A DNA stretch of 64,000 nucleotides from Candidatus Eremiobacteraceae bacterium (GCA_036561585.1 DATBOZ010000078.1:4544-68543), one strand, 5' to 3'; numbered from the stretch's first letter, positions 55,270 to 64,000 are shown. Translations and numbers: made by a program. The notes: generated by a model from the sequence alone, not told the origin.

Positions 55270-58200
55270 ATGCAATCCATACTCGCACTCATCGTCGCGA
55301 TGTTTTATTCTGCCGCCCCGGCGCCGCAACCGAGCAGTGCCTCGCCGAACATGCCGGCGCCGACACCTACGGCCTCCGTCGCCGCGGCAAGTCCGAAACC
55401 ATCGGCAAAGCCCAAGGCGTCGCCGACGCCTTCGAGCCCGTTTGCGGAGATGAAGTGGCGCAGCATGGGGCCGGCAGCCTCGGGCGGACGCGTGGCAGCA
55501 GTCGCCGGGAGCGCCACCGATCCAAACCTCTACTACATCGGGGCAGCGGGCGGCGGCGTCTGGAAGTCGGACAATGGCGGCGCGACGTGGGATCCGGTCT
55601 TCGATGACCAGGACGCGCAATCGATCGGGGCGGTGACCATCGCTCCGAGCGACGACAAGACGGTGTGGGTCGGCAGCGGTGAAGCCAATCCGCGCAACGA
55701 CGTCATTCTCGGCACCGGCGTTTTCAAGTCGACCGACGCCGGCGGATCGTGGAAGAAAATGGGTCTGCGCGATCTCCAGAGCATCTCGCGCATCGTCGTC
55801 GATCCGACCAACGTCAACCACGTGATCGTCGGCGGTATCGGCGACCTGTTCAAGGACAGCAACGCCGGCGGCGTCTACGAGACGACCGACGGTGGAAAGA
55901 CCTGGACCCATAGCTTGTACGTCGGCCCCTCGAGCGGGGCGAGCGATCTTGCGATGGATATGAAAAATCCGAATGTGGTCTATGCCGGCATCTGGCAATT
56001 CCGCCGCCAACCGTGGATCGCATCGAGCGGTGGGCCCGACGACGGTGTGTACAAATCGACCGACGGCGGCGCATCGTGGACGAAACTGACCGCTCACGGT
56101 TTGCCCGAAGGGCTTGAAGGACGCATCGCGTTTGCGATCGCGCCGAGCGATTCGACGCGCGTCTACGCGCTCATCCAAAGCAAAGATGGCTTTCTCTACC
56201 GCTCGGACGATTCGGGCGCGACGTGGACGATGGTCAACAGCGACACGCTGATCAACCAACGGCCGTTCTACTTCAGCCACATCGCCGTCGATCCGGCGAA
56301 CAAGGATCACATCTATAGCGTTTCGTTCGCCATGACGCTGAGCAAAGACGGCGGCAAGACGTTCAAGACGATGGCGGATCCGGTGCACGTCGACTATCAC
56401 GCCATCTGGATCGCGCCGAACGACGGCAAGCGCATCATCGTCGGCGAGGACGGCGGCGCGCCGATCTCGGTCGATGGCGGCAAGAACTGGGTATTCTCGG
56501 CGAACTATCCGATCGGAGAGATCTACCACATCGCGGCCGACAACGCAAATCCATACAACGTCTGCGGCGGTTTTCAGGATAATAGCGGCTGGTGCTGGCC
56601 GTCGAATAGCCGGGATTCCGACGGCATCACGAACGCATACGCGACGCCGGTCGTGGGCGGCGACGGGCAATGGATCGTGCCGGATCCCGCCAACAGCGAC
56701 TATATCTGGGCGGATTCGCAAGACGGCTTCGTAAGTGTCTGGATGAACAAGGCGCGGATCAGTCAAGGCGTCTTTCCCGACCTCACTTGCCTCAACGGCT
56801 TTGCGATCGACAAGTGCAAGTATCGATTCAATTGGGATTCGCCGATCGCGTTCGCGCCGTGGGATCCGCACACGGTATGGTACGGCGGTAACGTCGTCTT
56901 TCAGTCGCGCGATGAAGGCCACACCTGGGTGCCGATCAGCCCCGATCTCACGCTCAATATCAAAGCGCACCAGCAGGCGTCGGGTGGCCCGATCAATCTC
57001 GACGTCTCGGGCGCCGAGGGTTCGGACAACATCCTCGACATCGAGGGCGGTTCGATCGGCCGCGGCGAGATCTGGGTGGGTACGGACGATGGTCTGATCC
57101 AATTGACGCGCGACGGCGGCAAGCATTGGACGAACGTGACACCGCCGGGTCTCCCGCCGTATGGGAGAGTGGAGGCGATTTCGGCCTCCACGCTGACCGA
57201 CGGCACTGCGTTTGCATGTTTCGACCGCCACTACAGCGGCGACTACGCGCCCTATGTCTTCAAGACCACGAACTTCGGGAAGACGTGGAGCTCGCTTGCC
57301 GCCGGTCTACCCAAAGACCAGCCGGTGCGCACGGTTCGGCAAGACGCGGATAATCCCGACATACTGTATGCCGGACTGGAACGAAGCATCTGGATCTCGT
57401 TCGACGGCGGCAACAAGTGGCAGAGCCTTCAATTAAACCTGCCGCACGTCGCCGTCTTCGATTTGCGCTTCCAAACCCGCTTCGACGACATGATCATCGC
57501 CACGCACGGGCGATCCGCGTGGGTGATGGACGACATCCGTCCGTTGCAACAGCTCGACAAAGCGAAAGCGGCCGGGCATTTCGTCTTCCAGCCCCCGACC
57601 GCATATCAATACAACACCACCGAGAAAGCGGAAGGGAACTACACGAACTACGGTGCGGATAATCCGCCGGCGGGCGCGATCGTCGATTTCTTTCAGGCGA
57701 AGGCTGGCGGCAAACCGCCGGCGATCGACATCTTCGACACGCGCGGGCATCTGGTCCGTCACTACGCCGGCAAGCATCCGGTCGGAACGTCCGGCAAGAC
57801 GGTCGCGTGGGTCACGAATATCGCGGGGGTCAATCGATTCATCTGGGACTATTCAGAAACGCCGATCACGCCGTGGTTCGGCGCTGCGAGCAAGCGCGCG
57901 CGTTTACCGAACTTCGGCGGCAGCGTCGTTCCCGGAAACTACTCGGTCCGCGTCACCTTTTCCAACGGCCAATCGTTGTCGCGACCGATCACGGTGAAGC
58001 CCGATCCGGATGTCCCCTGGACGCAGGCGGACTACGAAGCCGGCTACCGGTTCGGGGAAACTGCGCTCGGCATGTACGACAACATGAACAAGGGATTCAA
58101 CGCGATCGACTCGCAAGTGCGGCGCTTGAAAAAACTGGGGACGCCGCAAGCGGCAACGCTCGCGCAGTCCGGCGTCGCCCTCGAGAACGCGTTGTCTGCA

Positions 58201-58395
58201 AACTACAAGAACGATGAAGACAGCATCATGTATCCGCCAAAAGTCCGCGAAGACGTGCAAGGCTTGGTGTTCGCTGCCGGCGTCGGACCGGTGCTCGCCT
58301 CGGTCTATCAGGCCGCGGCGGTCGTCAAACCTGAGTACGATCAGGCGATGAAGCGGATCGACGCGTGGCTCGCGCAAGCGCGGTCCGTGCACTAG
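55270..58395 (+). CDS. VPS10/sortilin-like BNR (Asp-box) repeat protein, paralog 3
   Basis: The ATG lies 5 nt after GGAGGG. 1041 aa. An Ala/Pro/Ser-rich linker is followed by WRSMGPAASGGRVAAVAGS.... Long near-identical blocks with paralog 1 (VWVGSGEANPRNDV, YAGIWQFRR, LIQLTRDGG.HWTNVTP). Confidence 0.8.
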   Translation: MQSILALIVAMFYSAAPAPQPSSASPNMPAPTPTASVAAASPKPSAKPKASPTPSSPFAEMKWRSMGPAASGGRVAAVAGSATDPNLYYIGAAGGGVWKSDNGGATWDPVFDDQDAQSIGAVTIAPSDDKTVWVGSGEANPRNDVILGTGVFKSTDAGGSWKKMGLRDLQSISRIVVDPTNVNHVIVGGIGDLFKDSNAGGVYETTDGGKTWTHSLYVGPSSGASDLAMDMKNPNVVYAGIWQFRRQPWIASSGGPDDGVYKSTDGGASWTKLTAHGLPEGLEGRIAFAIAPSDSTRVYALIQSKDGFLYRSDDSGATWTMVNSDTLINQRPFYFSHIAVDPANKDHIYSVSFAMTLSKDGGKTFKTMADPVHVDYHAIWIAPNDGKRIIVGEDGGAPISVDGGKNWVFSANYPIGEIYHIAADNANPYNVCGGFQDNSGWCWPSNSRDSDGITNAYATPVVGGDGQWIVPDPANSDYIWADSQDGFVSVWMNKARISQGVFPDLTCLNGFAIDKCKYRFNWDSPIAFAPWDPHTVWYGGNVVFQSRDEGHTWVPISPDLTLNIKAHQQASGGPINLDVSGAEGSDNILDIEGGSIGRGEIWVGTDDGLIQLTRDGGKHWTNVTPPGLPPYGRVEAISASTLTDGTAFACFDRHYSGDYAPYVFKTTNFGKTWSSLAAGLPKDQPVRTVRQDADNPDILYAGLERSIWISFDGGNKWQSLQLNLPHVAVFDLRFQTRFDDMIIATHGRSAWVMDDIRPLQQLDKAKAAGHFVFQPPTAYQYNTTEKAEGNYTNYGADNPPAGAIVDFFQAKAGGKPPAIDIFDTRGHLVRHYAGKHPVGTSGKTVAWVTNIAGVNRFIWDYSETPITPWFGAASKRARLPNFGGSVVPGNYSVRVTFSNGQSLSRPITVKPDPDVPWTQADYEAGYRFGETALGMYDNMNKGFNAIDSQVRRLKKLGTPQAATLAQSGVALENALSANYKNDEDSIMYPPKVREDVQGLVFAAGVGPVLASVYQAAAVVKPEYDQAMKRIDAWLAQARSVH

Positions 58396-58426
58396 GCACG
58401 CGAACCGGACCCGCCGCTGACGCAGG

Positions 58427-58461
58427 GCGCTAAGCCTGTTCTAGACGGGCTTAGCGCTTTT
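58427..58461 (+). terminator. Intrinsic terminator after BNR paralog 3
   Basis: GCGCTAAGCC-(11-nt loop)-GGCTTAGCGC-TTTT. Perfect 10-bp stem. Confidence 0.75.
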
Positions 58462-58494
58462 GCGTTACCCTCGTGCCAGGGCGCGAAAGGCTCG

Positions 58495-59136
58495 ATGAAA
58501 AGTTTGCGAGATATGAAGCGAAAGATTCCGGTCACTGCGAATTTCGGTCGCTTAGGACGAATGCTTGCGGCGATATCCGCGGTCGCGCTGTTCACGACGG
58601 CGCTGCCGACGAGCGCGGCAATGCCCGCCGGCGTGCACGACTTGCTCGGCAAGCCCGCTCCCGATTTCCATCTCGTCGACCAGAGCGGCAAAGACTTCGT
58701 CCTGTCGGGACTGCGCGGACGGGCCGTCGTGCTCTTCTTCGGCTACACGCACTGCCCGGACATCTGCCCGACGACGCTTGCCACCATCGCGAGTGCGTTG
58801 CGGCAGCTCGGAACAGAGGCGCCCAAGAAAATCCAAGTCGCATTTGTGACCGACGATCCCGCGCGCGACTCGCCGCACACGCTCGGCCGTTTCACGTCGC
58901 TCTTCGACCCGAGCTTCTTAGGGCTATCCGGTTCCGCGGCGCAGATGGCGCCCGTATACAAAGCGTATCATGTGTGGTTTCAGCGCCTGCCCAATCCGGG
59001 AAGCGCAGCCGGATATCTCCTCGCGCACAGCTCGATCATCTACATGATCGATCGCGACGGCACGCTGCGCTTCATCCATGATTGGCGCGACCCGATGCCT
59101 GCAATTCAAGCCGATCTGAAGGAATTGATGACATGA
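58495..59136 (+). CDS. SCO1/SenC family copper chaperone / thiol-disulfide oxidoreductase
   Basis: Signal/anchor sequence. Contains VVLFFGYTHCPDICPTTL (CxxxC) and the conserved ...LLAHSSIIYMIDRDG... His. Confidence 0.8.
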   Translation: MKSLRDMKRKIPVTANFGRLGRMLAAISAVALFTTALPTSAAMPAGVHDLLGKPAPDFHLVDQSGKDFVLSGLRGRAVVLFFGYTHCPDICPTTLATIASALRQLGTEAPKKIQVAFVTDDPARDSPHTLGRFTSLFDPSFLGLSGSAAQMAPVYKAYHVWFQRLPNPGSAAGYLLAHSSIIYMIDRDGTLRFIHDWRDPMPAIQADLKELMT

Positions 59137-59546
59137 TGCTTGCGATCGCACTGATGTTGATGCTCTCGCCGAATGCCGTGGATGCACATCCGGCGCCGAT
59201 ACAGATCCATGACGCCTATTCGCGGCCCGCAAATGACATGGGCGCGGTCTTCCTGACCATCGTCAACGGCGGCGCATCGGACGATGCCGTCGACGCCGCG
59301 CGCAGCGATGTCGCCGGCGCAACTGAGGTCCACGAGAGCTACGATACGGGCAGCGGCAGCGGGATGCGCCACATCCCTCGTCTCCCGATCAGCGCGGGCC
59401 AAACGCTTTCTTTTCGCAGCGGCGGCTACCACGTGATGCTCATCGGATTGAAACGCGATTTGAGGGCTGGCGATCGCTTTACCATCGGGCTGCACTTCGA
59501 ACACGCGGGGTGGATCGATGTGCCGGTGGTCGTAAAGGGATTCTAA
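59133..59546 (+). CDS. Copper chaperone PCu(A)C (DUF461)
   Basis: The ATG overlaps the Sco stop (ATGA). Contains IHDAYSRPANDMGAVFLTIVNGG...EVHES...GMRHI...GGYHVMLIGL. Confidence 0.75.
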   Translation: MMLAIALMLMLSPNAVDAHPAPIQIHDAYSRPANDMGAVFLTIVNGGASDDAVDAARSDVAGATEVHESYDTGSGSGMRHIPRLPISAGQTLSFRSGGYHVMLIGLKRDLRAGDRFTIGLHFEHAGWIDVPVVVKGF

Positions 59547-59548
59547 GC

Positions 59549-60844
59549 GTGTGGGCGGTCTTGGCGGCGCTGTTGGTCACCGCGGCGCCGGCGGCGTTGC
59601 GCGTCGGCGATCGCCTCCCGCCGGTCGCGCTCGTCGACCAAGACGGTCAGCGGATTCGTCTCAACTCCTTGGGCGGCAGCCCCACGCTTGTCTCGTTCGT
59701 ATCGACGCGACAGGCATCGGTGACGTTTTGCCCTGCCGTCACCGCAAAATTCTTGTACTTGCAAGAACACCTGCCGTCGCCCGGCTTTCGGCTCGTGCAG
59801 ATCACGCGCGATGCTGCCGCCGATACACCGCAACGATTGCGCCGCTATGCGGCGCAATTCGGCGCGCGCCCGGCCGATTGGCGGTTCTTGACCGGCAGCG
59901 CCGATGCTATCACTCGGTTGATCGCCGCAATGGGAGCCGGGACCGCCGCGAACGGTTACGAGAAGCTCTACGCGGTCGGTAGACGCGGCGAGATCCTCGG
60001 CATCTTGCCGCCGACCGATTGGTCGCCGGTCGATGCGCTCGCATGGGCCACCGCGCTCGGCGGCGGCGAAGCGGGGGATACGACGACATTTTCTGGCCAA
60101 AGCGCGACGGCCGGTGCGCGTCCGGTCCAGGCGCGAATGACGCTGCTCGGCGGCGGCCTGCGGCGCCACCTCGATCTCATCGAGTTCGACCAATCGGCGA
60201 GCGATCCGTTCCGCGTCTACGCCACCGATATGACGAAGCTGCTGCATCTCATCATCGTCAGCGACGACCTGAGCGAATTCCAGCACGTTCATCCCGAACT
60301 CGGCGCCGACGGTCATTTCCGGCTGGCGCTGTCGTTCCCGCGCGCGACGCTCTTCCACATCTACGCCGATTCCGCGCCTGCCGGACATAAGAGCGACGTC
60401 ATCCGATTCGACGTGCATATCGGCGTTGGCGAATCCGAGAATCGGCCGTCGACCGTGTCTAGCGACGAGACGCACGCCGGGCCCTACTCCGTGCGAGTGA
60501 GCGACCTACAGGTCGCTGCCCGGCAAGACGTGCCCCTTCTCTTCTCCATCCAGCGCGCCGGGCTGCCGGCTATGGATTTGCACCCGTACCTCGGCGCGTA
60601 CGCGCATGTGATCGCGATCGGCGTCTCCGATCTTTCGTACGAGCACGCGCATCCCACGATGGCCGGCATGATGGACATGGGGGGAACCGGGCGGATGTCC
60701 GCGCCACTTGATCAGGGCGCGACCGTACCGGCGACGATGACGGTACACCTTCGGTTCCCCCGACCGGGATTGTACAAGATCTGGATCCAGTTTCGCGGCG
60801 GCGCAACGCTGTTCGCGGCGCCATTTGTCGTCCAGGCGAGCTAG
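59549..60844 (+). CDS. Fusion protein: degenerate Sco/thioredoxin-like N-domain plus His/Met-rich beta-sandwich-like C-domain (unknown function, probably periplasmic metal handling)
   Basis: The GTG lies 2 nt after the PCuAC stop. The N-domain aligns to the Sco pattern, but CxxxC is reduced to FCPAV. The C-domain contains FQHVHPE and YEHAHPTMAGMMDMGG. Confidence 0.55.
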   Translation: MWAVLAALLVTAAPAALRVGDRLPPVALVDQDGQRIRLNSLGGSPTLVSFVSTRQASVTFCPAVTAKFLYLQEHLPSPGFRLVQITRDAAADTPQRLRRYAAQFGARPADWRFLTGSADAITRLIAAMGAGTAANGYEKLYAVGRRGEILGILPPTDWSPVDALAWATALGGGEAGDTTTFSGQSATAGARPVQARMTLLGGGLRRHLDLIEFDQSASDPFRVYATDMTKLLHLIIVSDDLSEFQHVHPELGADGHFRLALSFPRATLFHIYADSAPAGHKSDVIRFDVHIGVGESENRPSTVSSDETHAGPYSVRVSDLQVAARQDVPLLFSIQRAGLPAMDLHPYLGAYAHVIAIGVSDLSYEHAHPTMAGMMDMGGTGRMSAPLDQGATVPATMTVHLRFPRPGLYKIWIQFRGGATLFAAPFVVQAS

Positions 60845-60928
60845 GAAAGCACGTTTAGCACGCGTTGAACGGGGTACGATATTGATGTAGATGAGCGCGG
60901 CAGCGATGCCGTCCAACTACGCCAAGAT

Positions 60929-60968
60929 AGAGACGCCGCTGAAGATTCAGACGGCGTCTCTGGTTTGT
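60929..60968. terminator. Stem-loop between convergent genes (bidirectional terminator candidate)
   Basis: AGAGACGCCG-(13-nt loop)-CGGCGTCTCT-GGTTTGT. Perfect 10-bp stem. Confidence 0.6.
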
Positions 60969-60982
60969 CCTCGCGTTCGCGC

Positions 60983-62245
60983 TTAGTGCCTGATCTCGAG
61001 CCCTCTGTTGGGAATCAGATCGGCCTTGCGTCGCGTGAAGCTGCGCGTGAACGCCTGCGTCAACAGACGAGGAGCATTCGCGAACCGGGCGCCTTGCGAC
61101 GCGAACGGTTCGGCGACGATCCGGTAGTCAAATGCGATATCCGATTGACCGCCGTGCTCGCGGACGAGGAAACCCGTGGCCGTCTTCTGCGAGACGTAAA
61201 GGCCCGCGGTGTCGCCTTGCGGCGTGATGAACACGAGGTACGGGTGCGCTTGATTCATCGTCGACGCAAAACGGGGATCGAGGCGGACGTATGCTTGGCC
61301 GAGATTGAGGTGCGCTTCGCCGAGGTCTTCGACCGTGGCCACCGCTTGCGTCGGCGAATACATCACCACGTCGCCCGCACCGGATGTACGGGTGACGGAC
61401 TTCGGATTGCCGTTTTGCGTCAGCGTGCCTTTCAGCACCATATTACCGCCGTTGTCCAAGTCGAGCATTTCTGCCGAGCCGGCATACGCGCGGAATAGCG
61501 GTCCACCGCTGAAGTTTGCTGCGGCGAGCGCTTCTGCTTGCGAACCCTGCGACTCCGCGACCACACCTTCGCCGATATCCGAATTGAACAGCCCGCCCGG
61601 CGGTTTGGCCGGGAAATACGTGTTGATGTTCGAGGCAAACGTCAACCCAAGAAAGGCCGCGTTGAGAAATTTTCCTCGCTCGAAATTGTCGCCGGCGACG
61701 CCGATGCCGGTGCCTGAGAAACCCGTGACGCCCGACGCTGTGGACGTGTTGCCGACGTCCTCACCAAAAACGCCCGCCGACGCGATGCCCGGGATGTTGC
61801 TCTGGGTCGTCGCAAAGATGCCGTCGCCGCCGGCAGCGCTTCCGACGATCGCAGTGCCCTCATTCGCCTGCGCAAGCACGCCGATGCCCGTCGACGTCTG
61901 GCCGAAAACGCCGGCGTTGTTCAGCGGCGTGCCCGATGGATTCGGCGTCGCAAGATCGGCGCCGAAGAGGCCGTCGAAGCTTGCGGTTTTGCTGTTCTGG
62001 GTCGTCTGCCCGACGATGCCGGTGCCGCCGTTGCTCAGGCCCGCAAAGGCCGCTCCGGAACCTTTGTTCCGCGCGTGCATGCATGGATTCGCACTATTGC
62101 ACACTTTGTCGCTCGTGACGCCACCAAGCATCGGTGTCCGTCCGGCAATGGCCGGACTCAGCGCGACCGAACCTGCGAGCGCCACAACGCCGCAACCGAT
62201 GCCGAGCGCCCACACCTTGAATTGATTTGTTGCCATGGGATTCAT
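60983..62245 (-). CDS. Secreted Gly-rich repeat protein, unknown function
   Basis: Signal peptide ...WALGIGCGVVALAGSVALSPAIA. About 200 aa of degenerate G-x-G-(V/I)-x-G-type repeats (GTGIVGQTT, AGVFGQTSTGIGVLAQ, GTAIVGSAAGGDGIFA, AGVFGEDVG, GVTGFSGTGIGVAGD). GC3 supports the minus strand over the antisense 306-aa ORF. Confidence 0.6.
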   Translation of the reverse strand: MNPMATNQFKVWALGIGCGVVALAGSVALSPAIAGRTPMLGGVTSDKVCNSANPCMHARNKGSGAAFAGLSNGGTGIVGQTTQNSKTASFDGLFGADLATPNPSGTPLNNAGVFGQTSTGIGVLAQANEGTAIVGSAAGGDGIFATTQSNIPGIASAGVFGEDVGNTSTASGVTGFSGTGIGVAGDNFERGKFLNAAFLGLTFASNINTYFPAKPPGGLFNSDIGEGVVAESQGSQAEALAAANFSGGPLFRAYAGSAEMLDLDNGGNMVLKGTLTQNGNPKSVTRTSGAGDVVMYSPTQAVATVEDLGEAHLNLGQAYVRLDPRFASTMNQAHPYLVFITPQGDTAGLYVSQKTATGFLVREHGGQSDIAFDYRIVAEPFASQGARFANAPRLLTQAFTRSFTRRKADLIPNRGLEIRH

Positions 62246-62276
62246 CTGAAGTATGTCCTTTCCTCAGTCCGGTATC

Positions 62277-63278
62277 CTACGACTTTGGCTCTTGCTGTTT
62301 GCACCGACCGTCAAGGTTCGACTGCAGCTCTTGCGTGATGTAGCGGTGGCCGTTGAGTGTCGTGTTGCCGCCGTCCGGTCCGCGGGGAGCGTACGTGGTC
62401 TGACAGATATCGCCGATCTCCGAACCGTCGGAATCGCGCCACCACGCCATGACCGGATCCGAGATGGCTTCTGCTTCTTCATGCCACAGGGTGTCGATCG
62501 TCTGGTCGGCGTCACGGTCGTTGGGCCACTTATTCGTCGGTGTGCCGCAGCCCATCGGTCCGACGTCGTGCTGATAGGGCACGATCGAGTATGCGATCTC
62601 TTGGCTGTTGTTGCTGAAGTTGCCGTGATACGCGCACAGCGCAAAATTCACTTTGGCTTTGCTCGCGGTGAAGACCACGAAGATCGGCTGATAGCCGCCC
62701 GTGGGCCAGCCGTTGGCTTGGATAGCCTTCAGCACTTCAGCGCGGACCGTACCATCGTTCATGTGCGCTGGAAACTTCGATGTGTCCGTCCACGCGCCGC
62801 CGAGCGAACTCGCGTTGAGCGGATGTCCGTCGGTATCAGAGTATTGGGTGAGGATCTGATATTGTCGCGTACCTGCGCCTACGTCGTTGAAAAAGCGCTC
62901 GATCGTGGGAATGTACTTCGGACTCATGTAAAAACCCGGCGGCTGCCAGAAGATCGCGTACATCATCGACTGGTCGATGACCGAGCCGCCGTGGTACTGC
63001 ACCGGTGATGTGTGCGGACCGCTCATCGGCCGCTCCCACGGCGGCAGATCGATATGAATCACCGAGCCATCGGGCATCACGCGGATCGTCGGCCCGGTTG
63101 GCATCGATGCAGCATGCACTTTCACCCCCGGTGCGCCGGGAGCCGGCAAGACCGCATTGGATCCAGTATTGGCGCGCGGTCCGCCACCGGCGCTGCAACC
63201 GGCCAACATCGTTGCTAAAATCAACGCCGGCACAACGCCCGAAATCGCTCGCGCGTATGCTCCCGGACGATCATCCAT
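62277..63278 (-). CDS. Lipoprotein, possibly EXORDIUM/PHI-1 (Phi_1)-like
   Basis: I chose the ATG at 63278 after GAGGAG. Lipobox LATMLAGC. Order of motifs: VQYHGGSVI...YAIFW...IFVVFTASKAKVNFALCAYHG...AYSIVPY...WPNDRDADQTIDTLWHEEAEAISDP. This mirrors the plant EXORDIUM motif order as I remember it. Confidence 0.5.
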   Translation of the reverse strand: MDDRPGAYARAISGVVPALILATMLAGCSAGGGPRANTGSNAVLPAPGAPGVKVHAASMPTGPTIRVMPDGSVIHIDLPPWERPMSGPHTSPVQYHGGSVIDQSMMYAIFWQPPGFYMSPKYIPTIERFFNDVGAGTRQYQILTQYSDTDGHPLNASSLGGAWTDTSKFPAHMNDGTVRAEVLKAIQANGWPTGGYQPIFVVFTASKAKVNFALCAYHGNFSNNSQEIAYSIVPYQHDVGPMGCGTPTNKWPNDRDADQTIDTLWHEEAEAISDPVMAWWRDSDGSEIGDICQTTYAPRGPDGGNTTLNGHRYITQELQSNLDGRCKQQEPKS

Positions 63279-63343
63279 GTCCTCGTCTCCTCGTTCAGCA
63301 TCCATCCATGGAAAAGAAGTGTGCGAAAGTTTACTGACTCCGT

Positions 63344-63409
63344 GAGGCCGACCTGCTCTGTGGGGCCGACCTAAGACGGAGGCCGACCAAAAAGGTCGGC
63401 CCCACAGAG
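63344..63409. repeat. REP-like cluster (one full hairpin plus two half-units)
   Basis: GAGGCCGACCTG (half), CTCTGTGGGGCCGACC (half), then GAGGCCGACC-AAAAA-GGTCGGCCCCACAGAG. The outer CTCTGTGGGGCCGACC / GGTCGGCCCCACAGAG form a 16-nt inverted repeat. Confidence 0.85.
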
Positions 63410-63427
63410 TCCGTCAATGTCACGCGT

Positions 63428-63883
63428 TCACCGGGGTTGCTTGAGTTTCGTCGCGTTTGGAACCGGCCGCTTCTCATCGAGATCGAGGAGATCGAACCAA
63501 GTCACGATGTCATCGCGTCCCGGAGCGATTTTCGCACGCAGGTCGTTGTAGTATTTCTCACTCCCGCTACCGGGATCAGGATGCCACTGGTATCGCTGCT
63601 CGTCAAAGCGTTCGATATCGGCCTCGGTCTTGTTCGCGAGCAGCTCGCGCTTCACCCAAGCGAGGATGTTCTCGTCGGTTTGAAGCTCCTTGACCTTTTC
63701 CGCAAATGTTTTGCCGTCGGTGCCGAGGAACTCGAACAGCGGTTTGTCGTGCGGGCAGTCGTAGTCATACTCCCCGAGTTGCCCGACATTGTACGCTCTC
63801 GCCTTGTCGATGGTGCGAGCGAGCGAAACCAAACCCAACAATTTCATCTTCGGACTTCGCGGTACTTCCTTGGTGAGATCCAT
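63428..63883 (-). CDS. DUF5069 domain protein
   Basis: The ATG lies 7 nt after GGAGG. Contains MDLTKEVPRSPKMKLLGLVSLARTIDKARAYNVGQLGEYDYDCPHDKPLFEFLG. Confidence 0.6.
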   Translation of the reverse strand: MDLTKEVPRSPKMKLLGLVSLARTIDKARAYNVGQLGEYDYDCPHDKPLFEFLGTDGKTFAEKVKELQTDENILAWVKRELLANKTEADIERFDEQRYQWHPDPGSGSEKYYNDLRAKIAPGRDDIVTWFDLLDLDEKRPVPNATKLKQPR

Positions 63884-64000
63884 GCTGATGCCTCCGTTCT
63901 TAGTGCTGTCGTTCTCTATACCCATATGCCGCGCTCGCCAAAAACGCGCGAGCAATCGTCCTGCGGGCGAACCGCTGCTTGCTCGCTCGGATTTGCAGAT

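Noticed and set aside
54901-57231. 776-aa ORF antisense to BNR paralog 3. Similar long antisense ORFs lie at 51071-52822, 28288-29610, 61305-62225, 62253-63008, 9458-10477, 141-1328 and 53700-54971.
   Set aside because: The products are Arg/Pro/Ala-rich and low-complexity, with no motifs. The opposite strand carries recognisable families with high GC3. This is a typical shadow-ORF artefact of high-GC DNA.
1-64000. Search for defence systems, toxin-antitoxin pairs, prophage, IS elements, secondary-metabolite clusters (NRPS/PKS/RiPP) and rRNA.
   Set aside because: I recognised no nuclease, helicase, methyltransferase, reverse transcriptase, transposase, capsid or terminase genes, no biosynthetic megasynthase signatures and no rRNA-like sequence in any frame.

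Overview
High-GC bacterial chromosomal segment (about 60-65% GC by eye), densely coded on both strands. I call about 55 protein genes and one tRNA-Arg(TCG). I saw no rRNA, CRISPR array, transposase, integrase, phage or recognisable defence genes.

Most products are predicted exported or envelope proteins:
- three 1,021-1,047-aa VPS10/sortilin-like BNR (Asp-box) paralogs
- a sialidase-like BNR protein
- a YncE-like beta-propeller next to a TonB-dependent receptor
- two Vgb-like beta-propellers
- seven peptidase or serine-hydrolase genes (PBP4/S13, S33, two tandem S10, M48, S9, S12)

These are interleaved with amino-acid uptake and catabolism genes: an APC permease, a proline dehydrogenase/DapA-like operon, an MSOX-like oxidase, a threonine-dehydratase-like PLP enzyme and an aminotransferase operon. 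There are also two glycosidases (GDE/GH133-like, GH63-like) and a three-gene Sco/PCuAC copper-chaperone operon.

Many long ORFs in the supplied track are antisense or N-terminally over-extended artefacts of the high GC content. I trimmed starts using signal peptides, Shine-Dalgarno motifs and ATGA/GTGA stop-start overlaps.

The most striking non-coding signal is a REP/MITE-like palindromic repeat family (GGCCGACC-N5-GGTCGGCC with conserved flanks). It has at least 7 intact loci and 2 decayed copies.

I do not see a complete, clearly novel multi-gene system. The best candidates for novelty are:
- the repeat family
- the copper operon, whose third gene is a degenerate-Sco fusion to a His/Met-rich domain
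- an EXORDIUM/PHI-1-like lipoprotein in an operon with a Gly-rich repeat protein
- an anti-SD hairpin in front of the TonB receptor
- a tRNA-Arg abutting the proline-dehydrogenase operon
- a CGNR zinc-finger regulator coupled to an apparently exported HD protein
- a few unannotated small ORFs

All family assignments come from motif recognition by eye and need HMM or BLAST confirmation.
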